Shown here piece by piece: positions 19,061 through 28,916 of a stretch of DNA of 64,000 nt. The position numbers and the translations under genes were made by a program. Position 1 is the stretch's first letter. The number at the start of each line of letters is the position of its first letter. Under the pieces are notes generated by a model that was not told the DNA's origin, ran no database searches, and saw only the letters and a list, made by a program, of their open reading frames with translations. The DNA is taken from the IMG/VR virus record IMGVR_UViG_3300030102_006934, positions 124,001 to 188,000 of that record; one strand, 5' to 3'.

Positions 19061-20980
19061 ATGAAAATTTTCCACATTCTTGAAGCAAGAGATTCTGAAA
19101 CTAGACATTTAGAACACCGTAGGGTATACACCACAGAAGAGCAGTACGAAAAAAGAGGTTTAAAACAAGTAGAAAAATTTAATAAGACATATAATGTAGT
19201 AGTAACCAAGTATGTGTGTAATGAATCTATTGAAGTCTTAAACTTAAAACCCAATCAATATAATGACTTAGGTGAGAGTACAAAGAGTGAAAAACAAGCA
19301 TATCTATTAAATGATGAGGAATTATCTGAAGTAGAGGAAGTTACTAGAGAGGTACCAGCTAACAAATATGATATAGGTGTTAATGATAAGGGTGAATTTA
19401 ATAATCCAGAAGACTTCAATAAGTACAAAGAAAAAATAGAGAAAATGGAACCTAGGGATTCTAGTAAACTTAGAGTATCTAAAGATAACCAAACTGCTAC
19501 AATAGATAAAGATGAAACTTCAGAATCTATTAAAAAAACAGAAATAAATTTGTCTGAGTCAGAAATTATGAGTATTATTGCTGAAAGTAAACGTATTATA
19601 AAAAAATCTGATTTAAGAAATCAAATAATTACTGAAGCAAATATGGAAGATAGTGTAAGAGATGGTTTTGAGAGTGGTAATAACGACTACCGAGATATTT
19701 TAAGTAGAGAAATGACTAATCAATTGGCTCAAGAATCTTTTAGGGATATTGCTGATTCTATAAGAAGAAAAACTGGTAAAACAAACGTTAGTTTAATGGA
19801 TGTTCAAAGATTACTGATGAGTTCATTAGTTGAATCAGCTAGAGAAGAGTATCGTTTAGGTATTGAAAATTTAGAAAGAAAGGCTGTTGATATGATTAGA
19901 AAAGAATTTAACATCCCTGTTGACGCCGTTGAGTTTGATGCTAAAATAGTTGGTTTACCCCCACAAATGTTGATTGGTTCTGACGCATCCCCAGAACAAA
20001 TAGAACAGCTGTCTAATCAAGTGGGTGTTAAGATTGGTACGATTAATAGACAAAACTTAAAAATGGAAAAGGGTAATACACCCCCACCACAAGATAAAAC
20101 TTCTGACGAATTAAAACCAAAAGTGAAGAGACGTAGATTAACTAACGCGATGATTCATGGAGCGGCTAGAAAATCACAAAATCTACATCACATGGATGAC
20201 GTTCTCAGACAAGAAAACCCACAGCTGGGTCAACACTACTCTAATGTTATGGCAGCCAATGATGCAAACTACTTTTTATTGGATAATCAATCTATAAAAT
20301 CTGAAGGCGAGAGTGGTATTCACGCTGGTAACGTTAAATTAGATTTATCTAACCCACAGAAACCTAAAATAATAGCACAAGGAATGGTGTTCCCATTTCT
20401 ATTACATGAATTAAGTAAGGGTGTATTAGAATTAATGTCTTTATGGGGTTTACCAAAAAATTCAGAAGAAAGAAAGTATGTCTTAGATAAAACAGATAAT
20501 TTAGAATCAGAAACTAATGATATTAGGTTAGGTGCTAAAATATGGGAGAAGTTTGTACAACAAATACCAGTAGATAACCAAGAGGTTCTTTCGTTAACTT
20601 GGAATATGTTACAAGGTTTGGGGGATGATGAGTTTAACTCAACCATAGAAGGTTTAATATCTGGAAGTGGTGATGCACAAAATAAAGTTAGAAGATTAGC
20701 TGATGAAGCTTTAGAAGAGTTGAGACAAGAATCTTCGGATGAGGTTCTTGGTGGTTATGATGAAGAGGATGATGAAGAGGATGGTGATACACTAACACCA
20801 CCAGAGGATGATACGTCTGATGTTGATATAAGTGATGTTATGTCTAGTGATGATGATGATGAGGAAACTAACTATGAAACAATGTCTAAAAGAGAGTTAG
20901 AACGTGAAATAGATTTAGCTTTAGATTCTGGTGATATGGACTTAGTTAGACAATTAGGATCAATACTAAATAAGAAATAA
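19061..20980 (+). CDS. hypothetical head-module protein (639 aa)
   Basis: internal leader-like segments INLSESEI..IIAE..QIITE; LLHELSKG; acidic tail. Confidence 0.6.
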   Translation: MKIFHILEARDSETRHLEHRRVYTTEEQYEKRGLKQVEKFNKTYNVVVTKYVCNESIEVLNLKPNQYNDLGESTKSEKQAYLLNDEELSEVEEVTREVPANKYDIGVNDKGEFNNPEDFNKYKEKIEKMEPRDSSKLRVSKDNQTATIDKDETSESIKKTEINLSESEIMSIIAESKRIIKKSDLRNQIITEANMEDSVRDGFESGNNDYRDILSREMTNQLAQESFRDIADSIRRKTGKTNVSLMDVQRLLMSSLVESAREEYRLGIENLERKAVDMIRKEFNIPVDAVEFDAKIVGLPPQMLIGSDASPEQIEQLSNQVGVKIGTINRQNLKMEKGNTPPPQDKTSDELKPKVKRRRLTNAMIHGAARKSQNLHHMDDVLRQENPQLGQHYSNVMAANDANYFLLDNQSIKSEGESGIHAGNVKLDLSNPQKPKIIAQGMVFPFLLHELSKGVLELMSLWGLPKNSEERKYVLDKTDNLESETNDIRLGAKIWEKFVQQIPVDNQEVLSLTWNMLQGLGDDEFNSTIEGLISGSGDAQNKVRRLADEALEELRQESSDEVLGGYDEEDDEEDGDTLTPPEDDTSDVDISDVMSSDDDDEETNYETMSKRELEREIDLALDSGDMDLVRQLGSILNKK

Positions 20981-21012
20981 CAGATTAGGGCTGTTATGGT
21001 CTACGGACTACT

Positions 21013-21047
21013 AAACCCACTAAAGTTCGCTACTATAGTGGGTTTTT
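21013..21047 (+). terminator. intrinsic terminator with 13-nt loop
   Basis: AAACCCACTA-aagttcgctacta-TAGTGGGTTT followed by TT. Confidence 0.6.
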
Positions 21048-21072
21048 AATTTCTAGTAGAATATTTATATGT

Positions 21073-21276
21073 ATGAAAAAAAATGTATACGTATTATCAC
21101 AATCAGTAGAAAAAAAATATGTTTTATCAGTAGATGAGGATATAGTACTCTTCGAAATCAAGTCGATCGAGGGTGTAACCTCATACTTTATCAATAAAGA
21201 ACCCTACAACCCTAAGAATAGTTATCATGAGTCAATTATAAATAACTGGCCATTTGGTTTTGATAGATATTTATAG
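21073..21276 (+). CDS. hypothetical protein
   Basis: ATATTTAT at 21061; abuts terminase. Confidence 0.5.
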   Translation: MKKNVYVLSQSVEKKYVLSVDEDIVLFEIKSIEGVTSYFINKEPYNPKNSYHESIINNWPFGFDRYL

Positions 21277-21278
21277 TT

Positions 21279-23126
21279 ATGAGTCTAACTAAAACACAAA
21301 TGTTATACGAGATAGGTAAGTCAATCAAAGACCCTATCTATGCTATAGAATCTTACCTAGAAACTGAAGATAGGACTCAAGGAGGATTCGTACCATTCAA
21401 ATTATTTCCAAGACAAAAAGAATTAGTGGAAGCTTACCGTGTGAATGACCATAATATAGTTATGAAACCTAGACAAGCTGGTATATCCACAACGACTGCG
21501 GCGTATTTGGCTATATTAACTGCTTTGGCTTCCGACAAAAGTACACAAAAGATATTGGTCGCGGCTAATAAACAAGAAACAGCTAAGGAATTTTTAAAAA
21601 AAATAAGGGACTTTACAACACAGTTACCTAGTTGGATGGATGTTTACAGACCTGCTGGTTCTGAGACTTGGTTTGACCCAGAGAAAAATTCTAGTTCACA
21701 CTATAAGTTGTGGAATGGTTCAGAGGTAAAGGCGGTAGCATCTTCAAAAGATGCTCTTAGGGGATATACACCTTCTTGTATTGTTGTTGATGAAGCGGCC
21801 TTTATTGAGGGTAACAAGGGTGAAGAGTTTTATACGGCAGCACAACCATCCTTATCGACAGGTGGTAGGTCAATATTAATTTCAACACCAAACGGTCATG
21901 ATCCACTTTACCATAAAGCCTATACAACAGCTGAAAGAGGTAAAAATAATTTTAATATTGTTTCGATGAAATGGTATGAAGATCCACGTTATAATGGTAA
22001 AAACGATGGTTCGGGTATGTCTTGGATTTTACGTGACGAAAAAAGTGGTGATGTCGTTGAAGAAATAGTGGATCCTAAAAGTGGTTTTGGGGAAGATTCC
22101 ACTGTACCTGAAAGCAGGTGGGATGAGATGATTAAAAATGGTTATACACCTAGGTCTAAGTGGTTTGATGATATGTGTGCTCAATTAAATCATAATACAA
22201 GATCTATAGCACAAGAATTGTTATGTTCCTTTGTTGGTTCTGGTGATAACGTTATTGATGATAAATATAAAACCAGACAAGAGAGGGATAATGTTAGAGA
22301 ACCAATTAGAAAAGAGTGGGTAGACGGTAATATGTGGATTTGGGAAGACCCTATAGAAGGTCATCAATATATACTGGCTGCTGACCCTTCTTCTGGTTCT
22401 TCAGATGATTTTGCTGGCCTCGTTATTTGGGATTTCACTACTGGCAATCAAGTTGCTGAGTATCACGGTAAAGTCGCTCCAGATGTACTAGGTGAAATAT
22501 GTAAATACTACGGTGAATCTTATAACGCATTTATTGTGGTTGATATTACTGGTGGTTGGGGAGCTTCTGTTGTTTTAAAATTAATAGAACTAGGTTACCC
22601 CAAAAAGAATCTTTACTATGATGTTACTGTTGGTATAGACTCTGTTGAAAACAACAAAGCGTTACAAAAACACATGGATAGGGGTAAATTACCTGGTTTA
22701 AATTTTCAAAAAAACAGAAACACAATAGTCTCTAAATTAGAAGAAGCTATTAGGATGGACTCATTTAAGATTCGTTCTAAAAGAGCTTTAATGGAAATAG
22801 AAACTTTTGTCTTCATTGGGGGTAGAGCCGACCATATGAAAGGTTATCATGATGATTTATTAATGTCAATAGCTATGTGTTGTTTTGTTGCAGCAACTTC
22901 TTTTAAAGACCTAGAAAAATCTAAGGGTCAGGCTAAAGCTATGGTTAGTAGTTGGTCTGTTCATGTAGGTAATGCTGAAGATGATGATATCTTGAGTGAG
23001 GTTATAAATACTGGTTTTTATACTGACAATGAAAGTTTGAAAAAAAATAAACAAACACTAACACAAACACAAGAACATATGTGGTTATTTAGTGGTATGG
23101 CTGGATTTAAAAAAAATAGGAAATGA
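21279..23126 (+). CDS. terL: terminase large subunit (T4 gp17-like)
   Basis: KPRQAGISTT Walker A, IVVDEAAFI Walker B, ISTPNG, AADPSSG and HDDLLM nuclease motifs. Confidence 0.95.
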   Translation: MSLTKTQMLYEIGKSIKDPIYAIESYLETEDRTQGGFVPFKLFPRQKELVEAYRVNDHNIVMKPRQAGISTTTAAYLAILTALASDKSTQKILVAANKQETAKEFLKKIRDFTTQLPSWMDVYRPAGSETWFDPEKNSSSHYKLWNGSEVKAVASSKDALRGYTPSCIVVDEAAFIEGNKGEEFYTAAQPSLSTGGRSILISTPNGHDPLYHKAYTTAERGKNNFNIVSMKWYEDPRYNGKNDGSGMSWILRDEKSGDVVEEIVDPKSGFGEDSTVPESRWDEMIKNGYTPRSKWFDDMCAQLNHNTRSIAQELLCSFVGSGDNVIDDKYKTRQERDNVREPIRKEWVDGNMWIWEDPIEGHQYILAADPSSGSSDDFAGLVIWDFTTGNQVAEYHGKVAPDVLGEICKYYGESYNAFIVVDITGGWGASVVLKLIELGYPKKNLYYDVTVGIDSVENNKALQKHMDRGKLPGLNFQKNRNTIVSKLEEAIRMDSFKIRSKRALMEIETFVFIGGRADHMKGYHDDLLMSIAMCCFVAATSFKDLEKSKGQAKAMVSSWSVHVGNAEDDDILSEVINTGFYTDNESLKKNKQTLTQTQEHMWLFSGMAGFKKNRK

Positions 23127-23371
23127 GTAAACGATATTCTTCAAATAACCCATTTAAGGGTAGAGCAAATAATAGACCTGGTGCGGGTACTTTAAGATAC
23201 ACATGGAAGGTACCAGCAAGGGAGAATGCGACTAATGGTATTAATAGTACTAAAAAATCAGAGTTTCGTGATTGTTATGGTCCTTATGATAATACTGTTG
23301 GTTACGCATTTGAGGTGGATACAACCAACGGAAACAATTTTGCGTATGTTGATTGTGACTACGTAAGTTAA
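23123..23371 (+). CDS. hypothetical protein
   Basis: 4-nt overlap with terL. Confidence 0.55.
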   Translation: MSKRYSSNNPFKGRANNRPGAGTLRYTWKVPARENATNGINSTKKSEFRDCYGPYDNTVGYAFEVDTTNGNNFAYVDCDYVS

Positions 23372-23458
23372 CCACACTATTCACATTAACTTAGGATGTG
23401 TTTATATTTGATTAGCATATTTATATGTAATAAATAAAATTTTTAAAATACCATTATA

Positions 23459-25342
23459 ATGGCAGATAAAAAAGATAATCTAACTATATATCAAAAGTTG
23501 TTCACAGTTTTTGGTCAAGGTGGTGGTACAATGAGGAGTGATACTAACCTTAACCCAAAGTATAATTTAACCGATAAAGATTTAATTGTTACTAAGTCCA
23601 GAGAGGATTTTGAAAAAACTAAATTACAACTACAACAACAGAGTTACTTAGATTCTCAATGGCAAAAAATTGAGAACGATATGTACCAAAAAGCTACATA
23701 TTATGAAACTACTAGATTAGCTTCCTATATGGATTATGAAGCTATGGAATTTACACCAGAGATAGCTGTTTCTCTTGAAACAATGGCTGAGGAAAGTTGT
23801 ACTTTAAATGAACAAGGACAAATAATGTCCATATATTCAGATTCTTCTAGAATTAAAAAGGTATTAGAAGATTTATTTTTCAATGTTTTAGACATTCACT
23901 CTAACCTACCCATGTGGACTAGAAACACATGTAAATATGGTGATAATTTCGTACACTTAAAATTGAACTATAAGTATGGTGTGATTGGTGCTACACAGTT
24001 GACCAATATTGAAATAAGTAGAAGCGATTCTAATAATTTCGACTATAATGAAACAAATTCTACGACAAACGAAGATTCCAAAAAAGAGGTTAAGTTCGAA
24101 TGGAAGTCAAAAAATATGAGTTTTAACGCTTGGGAAGTAGCTCATTTTAGATTATTAGGTGATGATAGAAAATTACCTTATGGTACATCTGTTTTAGATA
24201 AAGTTAGAAGAACATGGAGACAATTATTATTAGCTGAAGATGCTATGTTAGTGTATCGTGTAACTAGAGCACCAGAAAGAAGGGTGTTTAAGGTATATGT
24301 AGGTAACATAGACGATGAAGACGTGGAATCTTATGTTCAGAAGGTTGCTAATAAATTTAAAAGAACTCAGACAGCAGATAATAAAACAGGTCAACTAGAC
24401 GTTAGGTATAATACTTTGGCTGTAGACCAAGATTATTTTGTACCCGTTAGAGACCCTAACGCACAGAGCCCTATAGAAACCTTACCTGGAGCGACAAATC
24501 TAGACCAAATAGCCGACATACAATTCATACAAAGAAAAATGGTAACAGCACTTAGAGTACCTAAAACGTTTTTAGGTTTTGAGGAACCTATTGGTGAGGG
24601 TAAGAATTTGGCTTTAATGGATATTAGATTTGCGAGAACTATCAATAGGATACAACAAGCTATGATACAAGAATTAAATAAGATAGCTATAGTACATCTA
24701 TATATGTTAGGTTTCCATGAAGAACTTAGTAATTTCAAATTATCATTAAACAACCCATCTACACAAGGTGAAATGTTAAAAGTGGAACAATGGAAAGAAA
24801 AAGTATTGTTATATAAAGACCTAGTTGCTGCCACTGATGGTATAGCACCAACGTCACATACATGGGCTAAAAAGAATATATTTAATTGGTCTGAAGATGA
24901 AATTAAATTAGATTTAGAACAACAAAGATTAGAGAAAGCTGCAGCAGCTGAATTAGAAAAAACACCTGAAGTTATAACTAAGACTGGATATTTCGATAAA
25001 GTAGATAAATTGTATGGAGATATAATGACTCAAAAAATGGGTGGTGATGAAAGTGGTGATACTGGAGATGATGCTGGAGGTGGATTCGGAGGTGACACTG
25101 GAGGTGGATTCGGAGATGATACTGGAGGTGGATTCGGAGATGATACTGGAGGTGGATTCGGAGATGATACTGGAGGTGGTGACACAGAAGGATTTGGTGA
25201 AGGGTTTAGAGGTGACGAAGGAGTGATCGATAATCTTTTATTAGAAGGTAAAAAGAAAAATGAGGATATTATCATGATGACTGATGGTATAGATAGGTTA
25301 TTGAAAGAAGAAAATTTTGACGAAAGTGATATATTAACATAA
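23459..25342 (+). CDS. portal protein (T4 gp20-like)
   Basis: QLLLAEDAMLVYRVTRAPERRVFKVYVGN, IETLPGA, ALRVPK, DIRFARTINRIQ. Confidence 0.95.
   Translation: MADKKDNLTIYQKLFTVFGQGGGTMRSDTNLNPKYNLTDKDLIVTKSREDFEKTKLQLQQQSYLDSQWQKIENDMYQKATYYETTRLASYMDYEAMEFTPEIAVSLETMAEESCTLNEQGQIMSIYSDSSRIKKVLEDLFFNVLDIHSNLPMWTRNTCKYGDNFVHLKLNYKYGVIGATQLTNIEISRSDSNNFDYNETNSTTNEDSKKEVKFEWKSKNMSFNAWEVAHFRLLGDDRKLPYGTSVLDKVRRTWRQLLLAEDAMLVYRVTRAPERRVFKVYVGNIDDEDVESYVQKVANKFKRTQTADNKTGQLDVRYNTLAVDQDYFVPVRDPNAQSPIETLPGATNLDQIADIQFIQRKMVTALRVPKTFLGFEEPIGEGKNLALMDIRFARTINRIQQAMIQELNKIAIVHLYMLGFHEELSNFKLSLNNPSTQGEMLKVEQWKEKVLLYKDLVAATDGIAPTSHTWAKKNIFNWSEDEIKLDLEQQRLEKAAAAELEKTPEVITKTGYFDKVDKLYGDIMTQKMGGDESGDTGDDAGGGFGGDTGGGFGDDTGGGFGDDTGGGFGDDTGGGDTEGFGEGFRGDEGVIDNLLLEGKKKNEDIIMMTDGIDRLLKEENFDESDILT
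25064..25180 (+). repeat. 24-bp coding tandem repeat (GDDTGGGF), about 5 copies, in the portal tail
   Basis: ggagatgatactggaggtggattc repeated. Confidence 0.9.
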
Positions 25343-25372
25343 TTCTATATATTTATATAATAAACAATTAAT

Positions 25373-26170
25373 ATGGATTTTGGTACGTTAAAAGATTTAT
25401 TTACTGATAAGTTAATAGAGTCTTACTCCAATAAGAATGAAGAGGGGAAAGTATTATTTAAAAAATTTATGAAAACTTTAAAGGAAAGTGAGACTTTGAG
25501 AACAGCCTTTATTGTTTATAAAAACATTGAGACTAATACAATAAAAAGTGAAATTAGGGCAAATGATTACCTAAAAGAATCCATATCTCTGTTTAATAAA
25601 TTTACTAATGATAAATCTTTAGTTTCTGAAAATAAGAAATTAATTTCTATTTTAAATGAACATGGTGTTAATTTAGATACTTTAACTAAAAAAGATTTAC
25701 ACAGTAATTTAGAAATAGTTTTATCAACAGATTTAAAAGCATCTACGTTAAATAAAATAGAAGAAAGTAAATCTAAGCTAATTGAGTGGTTGATGTCTGA
25801 AAAAAAACCTACTATAGTGGATGATAGTAAGGATTATGTAAAAGAAGGTATCGATACCCAAAAGTTTTTGGAAATAGTTACTAATAAGTTTAATGAAAAA
25901 TATTCTGACCTAACAAAACAAGAGAAGAGTATTTTAAAAGTTTTACGTGAGAATAACACCCAAGAGGGAAAAGAGGTAATAAATACTTTAGTTAAAGAGA
26001 CTATAAGTATTATAAATACTAAAATAAACTCTCACAAAGACAACATTAATATAAAAGAAAAGTTACTTGAAACCAAAGATTTGATTTACTCCATGTTGGA
26101 AGATACTGAGAGTTTAAATAAAAATATATTAAAGTTGTATGATTTGAAAAATAATCTAAAAGATGAATAA
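25373..26170 (+). CDS. hypothetical helical head-module protein
   Basis: follows portal; late motif at 25349; many LxE sites. Confidence 0.55.
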   Translation: MDFGTLKDLFTDKLIESYSNKNEEGKVLFKKFMKTLKESETLRTAFIVYKNIETNTIKSEIRANDYLKESISLFNKFTNDKSLVSENKKLISILNEHGVNLDTLTKKDLHSNLEIVLSTDLKASTLNKIEESKSKLIEWLMSEKKPTIVDDSKDYVKEGIDTQKFLEIVTNKFNEKYSDLTKQEKSILKVLRENNTQEGKEVINTLVKETISIINTKINSHKDNINIKEKLLETKDLIYSMLEDTESLNKNILKLYDLKNNLKDE

Positions 26171-26196
26171 TATTTATTTAAACAACAGAGTTAAAA

Positions 26197-26805
26197 ATGG
26201 AAAATATATTTAATGTAGTAATTGCGTTTATTACTGGTGTAATGGGTCCAGTAATACTATTAATATTGAAAAGTAGACTAGAAAAAAAGAATAAACCAGA
26301 CATGGTTACCGAAGCTTTAATGGTTAGTGAACTAGTCCAACATAAAATAGAAGAGATAAGAGAAGGCGTTAAAGCTGATAGAGTTTGGGTTACTCAATTT
26401 CATAATGGAGGCCACTTCTACCCAACAGGTAAATCAATAGCTAAATTTTCTGTAATGTATGAAACTGTCAACACAGGAGTTTCTTCAATACAACACAGTT
26501 TTCAAAACATACCAGTAAATTTGTTCTCTAAATCTATGAACCGTTTAGTGGTTGCTGATACTATTGAAATACCTAATTTCAAAGATGAAAATATATTAAC
26601 TTATGGGTTGAAATATGTTGCGGAAGATAATGGGTGTAAATCTACTTATTTATTCGCTATTAAAACCATTGATGATAGGTTTATTGGTGTTTTAGGTATA
26701 GATTACACCAAGAAAAAAATTGTATTGGATGACGATGTTGTAAACAATGTTTTGGTACAAACCTCTACTCTGGGTGGTGTACTAATGAATCATCTTAGGG
26801 TGTGA
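26197..26805 (+). CDS. putative holin, T4 T-like architecture (one TM plus GAF-like domain)
   Basis: N-terminal TM VVIAFITGVMGPVILLIL; ADRVWVTQFHNG...IGVLGIDY GAF-like pattern. Confidence 0.5.
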   Translation: MENIFNVVIAFITGVMGPVILLILKSRLEKKNKPDMVTEALMVSELVQHKIEEIREGVKADRVWVTQFHNGGHFYPTGKSIAKFSVMYETVNTGVSSIQHSFQNIPVNLFSKSMNRLVVADTIEIPNFKDENILTYGLKYVAEDNGCKSTYLFAIKTIDDRFIGVLGIDYTKKKIVLDDDVVNNVLVQTSTLGGVLMNHLRV

Positions 26806-26830
26806 TAACAATTTTAATGTTTTTTTAATT

Positions 26831-27124
26831 ATGATTTTAGTGAGAAAGATTATGAAAATTTTTAAAGATATGTTAACAGAAAGGGGTAAATATTCTCAGG
26901 GTAGAGTTTACCTATTTTGGTCAGTTTTGGCTTACTACATAACACTAGGTATCTTGTTGTTTGCGGGAATGAATAAACACAGTAATGTAGATGTAGATAA
27001 ATTTAAATTAATTACTGAAGCTTTAGAATATGCTATGGTATTATTCGGTGGTTATGTGTTTGGTGGTAAGTTTTTAGACATGGTTAAAGTAGTGGGTACT
27101 AATAAGTCGGAAACTAAGTCTTAA
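26831..27124 (+). CDS. small two-TM membrane protein (holin-like)
   Basis: GKYSQGRVYLF followed by two hydrophobic helices. Confidence 0.5.
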   Translation: MILVRKIMKIFKDMLTERGKYSQGRVYLFWSVLAYYITLGILLFAGMNKHSNVDVDKFKLITEALEYAMVLFGGYVFGGKFLDMVKVVGTNKSETKS

Positions 27125-27143
27125 CCAAAGAAATAAAAATATT

Positions 27144-27176
27144 AAAAGTCACCTAAATTTTAGGGGGCTTTTTTTT
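27144..27176 (+). terminator. intrinsic terminator
   Basis: AAAAGTCACCTAA-at-TTTAGGGGGCTTTT then T-run. Confidence 0.7.
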
Positions 27177-27237
27177 GTGCTTTAAAATGTTTATAATTAA
27201 CTAAAAATAACAATGAATTACAATAAAATGACAAAAA

Positions 27238-27675
27238 ATGGGAAGAGGGAAAGAAATAAAATTAGATCTACCTTTTGGATATAATGTGGTTTCGGGTACT
27301 GTTGATAATAAGAATCCAAAATCAATATACATTCAAATATCAGCTTGGGGTAAACCCACTGATTACGTAGAATCTGGTTACGAACAAATAATGAAACAAA
27401 AAGCTAAAGGCATTAAGAAAAAGTTATATAGTATAGTTAGAGATGATTTTTTCTATAAAAAAAAGAGTATAGTAGATTTTAATATGGCTTCTTCTGGTAT
27501 AAAAAAAGATAAACGTAGTTATATGTCAGTAGAGTTAACTTTATTTAAAAAAGAACCATTATTACCTTTAACATCTAAAAATTTAATACATGAGGTGGGG
27601 GATATATCTGAAAAGTTAATTACCGACTTTTTTGAAAGGGATAAAGATTTTAAATTTTTCAAAACTAAAGGTTAA
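27238..27675 (+). CDS. hypothetical protein
   Basis: monocistronic ORF between two terminators. Confidence 0.65.
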   Translation: MGRGKEIKLDLPFGYNVVSGTVDNKNPKSIYIQISAWGKPTDYVESGYEQIMKQKAKGIKKKLYSIVRDDFFYKKKSIVDFNMASSGIKKDKRSYMSVELTLFKKEPLLPLTSKNLIHEVGDISEKLITDFFERDKDFKFFKTKG

Positions 27676-27676
27676 T

Positions 27677-27705
27677 AAAAAAGAGACTTAGGTCTCTTTT
27701 TTTTT
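27677..27705 (+). terminator. intrinsic terminator
   Basis: AAGAGAC-ttag-GTCTCTT then T-run. Confidence 0.8.
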
Positions 27706-27746
27706 GCTTTAAACCATAACAGCATATTTATAGAGAAAGTATAAAT

Positions 27747-28478
27747 ATGAAAATATTAAAACCAGGAGAAGAAGGATATGGATATCTTGTAGAATATGAT
27801 TCAGGGTTCATATCTTCTGAACTAACTTGTCAAGATGGAGTTTGTTCTAACCATAACCTAATAAAAGAGTTTAAATCGGGATTAAGTTTAGGTCAAGATG
27901 GTACATTACCAGATAAAATAGAAATTTATGCCGTACTACAAAAGTGGGGTGTAGAGAACAAGAATGGGAGGGTATACCCAGAAGAGATTTTGAAAAGAGA
28001 ATCTAAGAGATATCAAGAGTTTATAGATATGGGTACGTCTTTGGGGGAATTAAACCACCCAGAGTCTTCAATTATTGATGCTGACAGAGTTTCACATATG
28101 ATTTCAGAGATTTGGTGGAACGGTAGAACACTTATGGGAAAAATGGAGTTAGATACAACACCAGGTTACCTTAAATCAGGTATTATCTCATCTGTAGGTG
28201 ATAAAGTATTAAATATGATTAGGAAGGGTTGGACCGTTGGTATTTCATCTAGAGGAGTAGGTTCTTTAAAGAATGAAAATGGTAAAAATATTGTACAGGA
28301 GGATTTCGAATTAATTTGTTGGGATATAGTTACTTCTCCATCAACACCAGGTTCTTGGATATCTACCTCGGAAAAAGATTTAAAACCTTTCATGGAGTCT
28401 ACCAAAGGGGATAAAACAAAATTAATAATAGAAGATGACTCTGACTTATTAGATAGTTTAGATAAATTTTTATTGTAA
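27747..28478 (+). CDS. prohead core protease (T4 gp21-like)
   Basis: ENKNGRVYP, LGELNHP, VSH, GISSRGVGSL, WDIVTSPSTPG. Confidence 0.95.
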   Translation: MKILKPGEEGYGYLVEYDSGFISSELTCQDGVCSNHNLIKEFKSGLSLGQDGTLPDKIEIYAVLQKWGVENKNGRVYPEEILKRESKRYQEFIDMGTSLGELNHPESSIIDADRVSHMISEIWWNGRTLMGKMELDTTPGYLKSGIISSVGDKVLNMIRKGWTVGISSRGVGSLKNENGKNIVQEDFELICWDIVTSPSTPGSWISTSEKDLKPFMESTKGDKTKLIIEDDSDLLDSLDKFLL

Positions 28479-28491
28479 TTAAAAAAAAATC

Positions 28492-28579
28492 AGATCTAAT
28501 TTAGATCTTTTAATATTAATATAATATTTAAATATATAAGTTGCGCAGCAAGCAGCTTAAGCAGTAAGCAGCTTAAGCA
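28492..28579. repeat. inverted repeat, AT-only tract and 14-bp direct repeats
   Basis: AGATCTAA-T-TTAGATCT at 28492-28508; A/T only at 28509-28539; AAGCAGCTTAAGCA at 28550 and 28566. Confidence 0.8.
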
Positions 28580-28591
28580 AATTAAAAAAAA

Positions 28592-28915
28592 ATGAAAATG
28601 AAAAAAAGAATTGTAAAATTAAACGAATCTGACTTAGAGTTATTAGTCAAAAAAATTATTAGAGAAGAAGAAATGGATCCTAACTCATCTGATGAAGGTG
28701 GTGAAGAAGAGACGGATAACCCAAAAGATGTTGAGATGTTCTTAGACGCTATGAAAAAGTATTTTATGGACAAATACCCAAGGTTCGCTAATAAAATAAA
28801 TACTAGAAAAGAAAAAGCGATGTTGTTAGCTGCCTTAGCTGAAGAATTGGGTGTAGATACTAATTTGATTAATATGGCTAAAGGAGAATTGAAGAAAGCT
28901 GGTTTAGGCAAGTAA
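28592..28915 (+). CDS. hypothetical protein with IVKLNESDL..KKIIREE leader; putative head cargo
   Basis: leader nearly identical to that of 34543. Confidence 0.6.
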   Translation: MKMKKRIVKLNESDLELLVKKIIREEEMDPNSSDEGGEEETDNPKDVEMFLDAMKKYFMDKYPRFANKINTRKEKAMLLAALAEELGVDTNLINMAKGELKKAGLGK

Positions 28916-28916
28916 T

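Noticed and set aside
20395-20430. LLHELSKG as a zincin motif in 19061-20980
   Set aside because: The second His of HExxH is Lys, so protease activity is unsupported.
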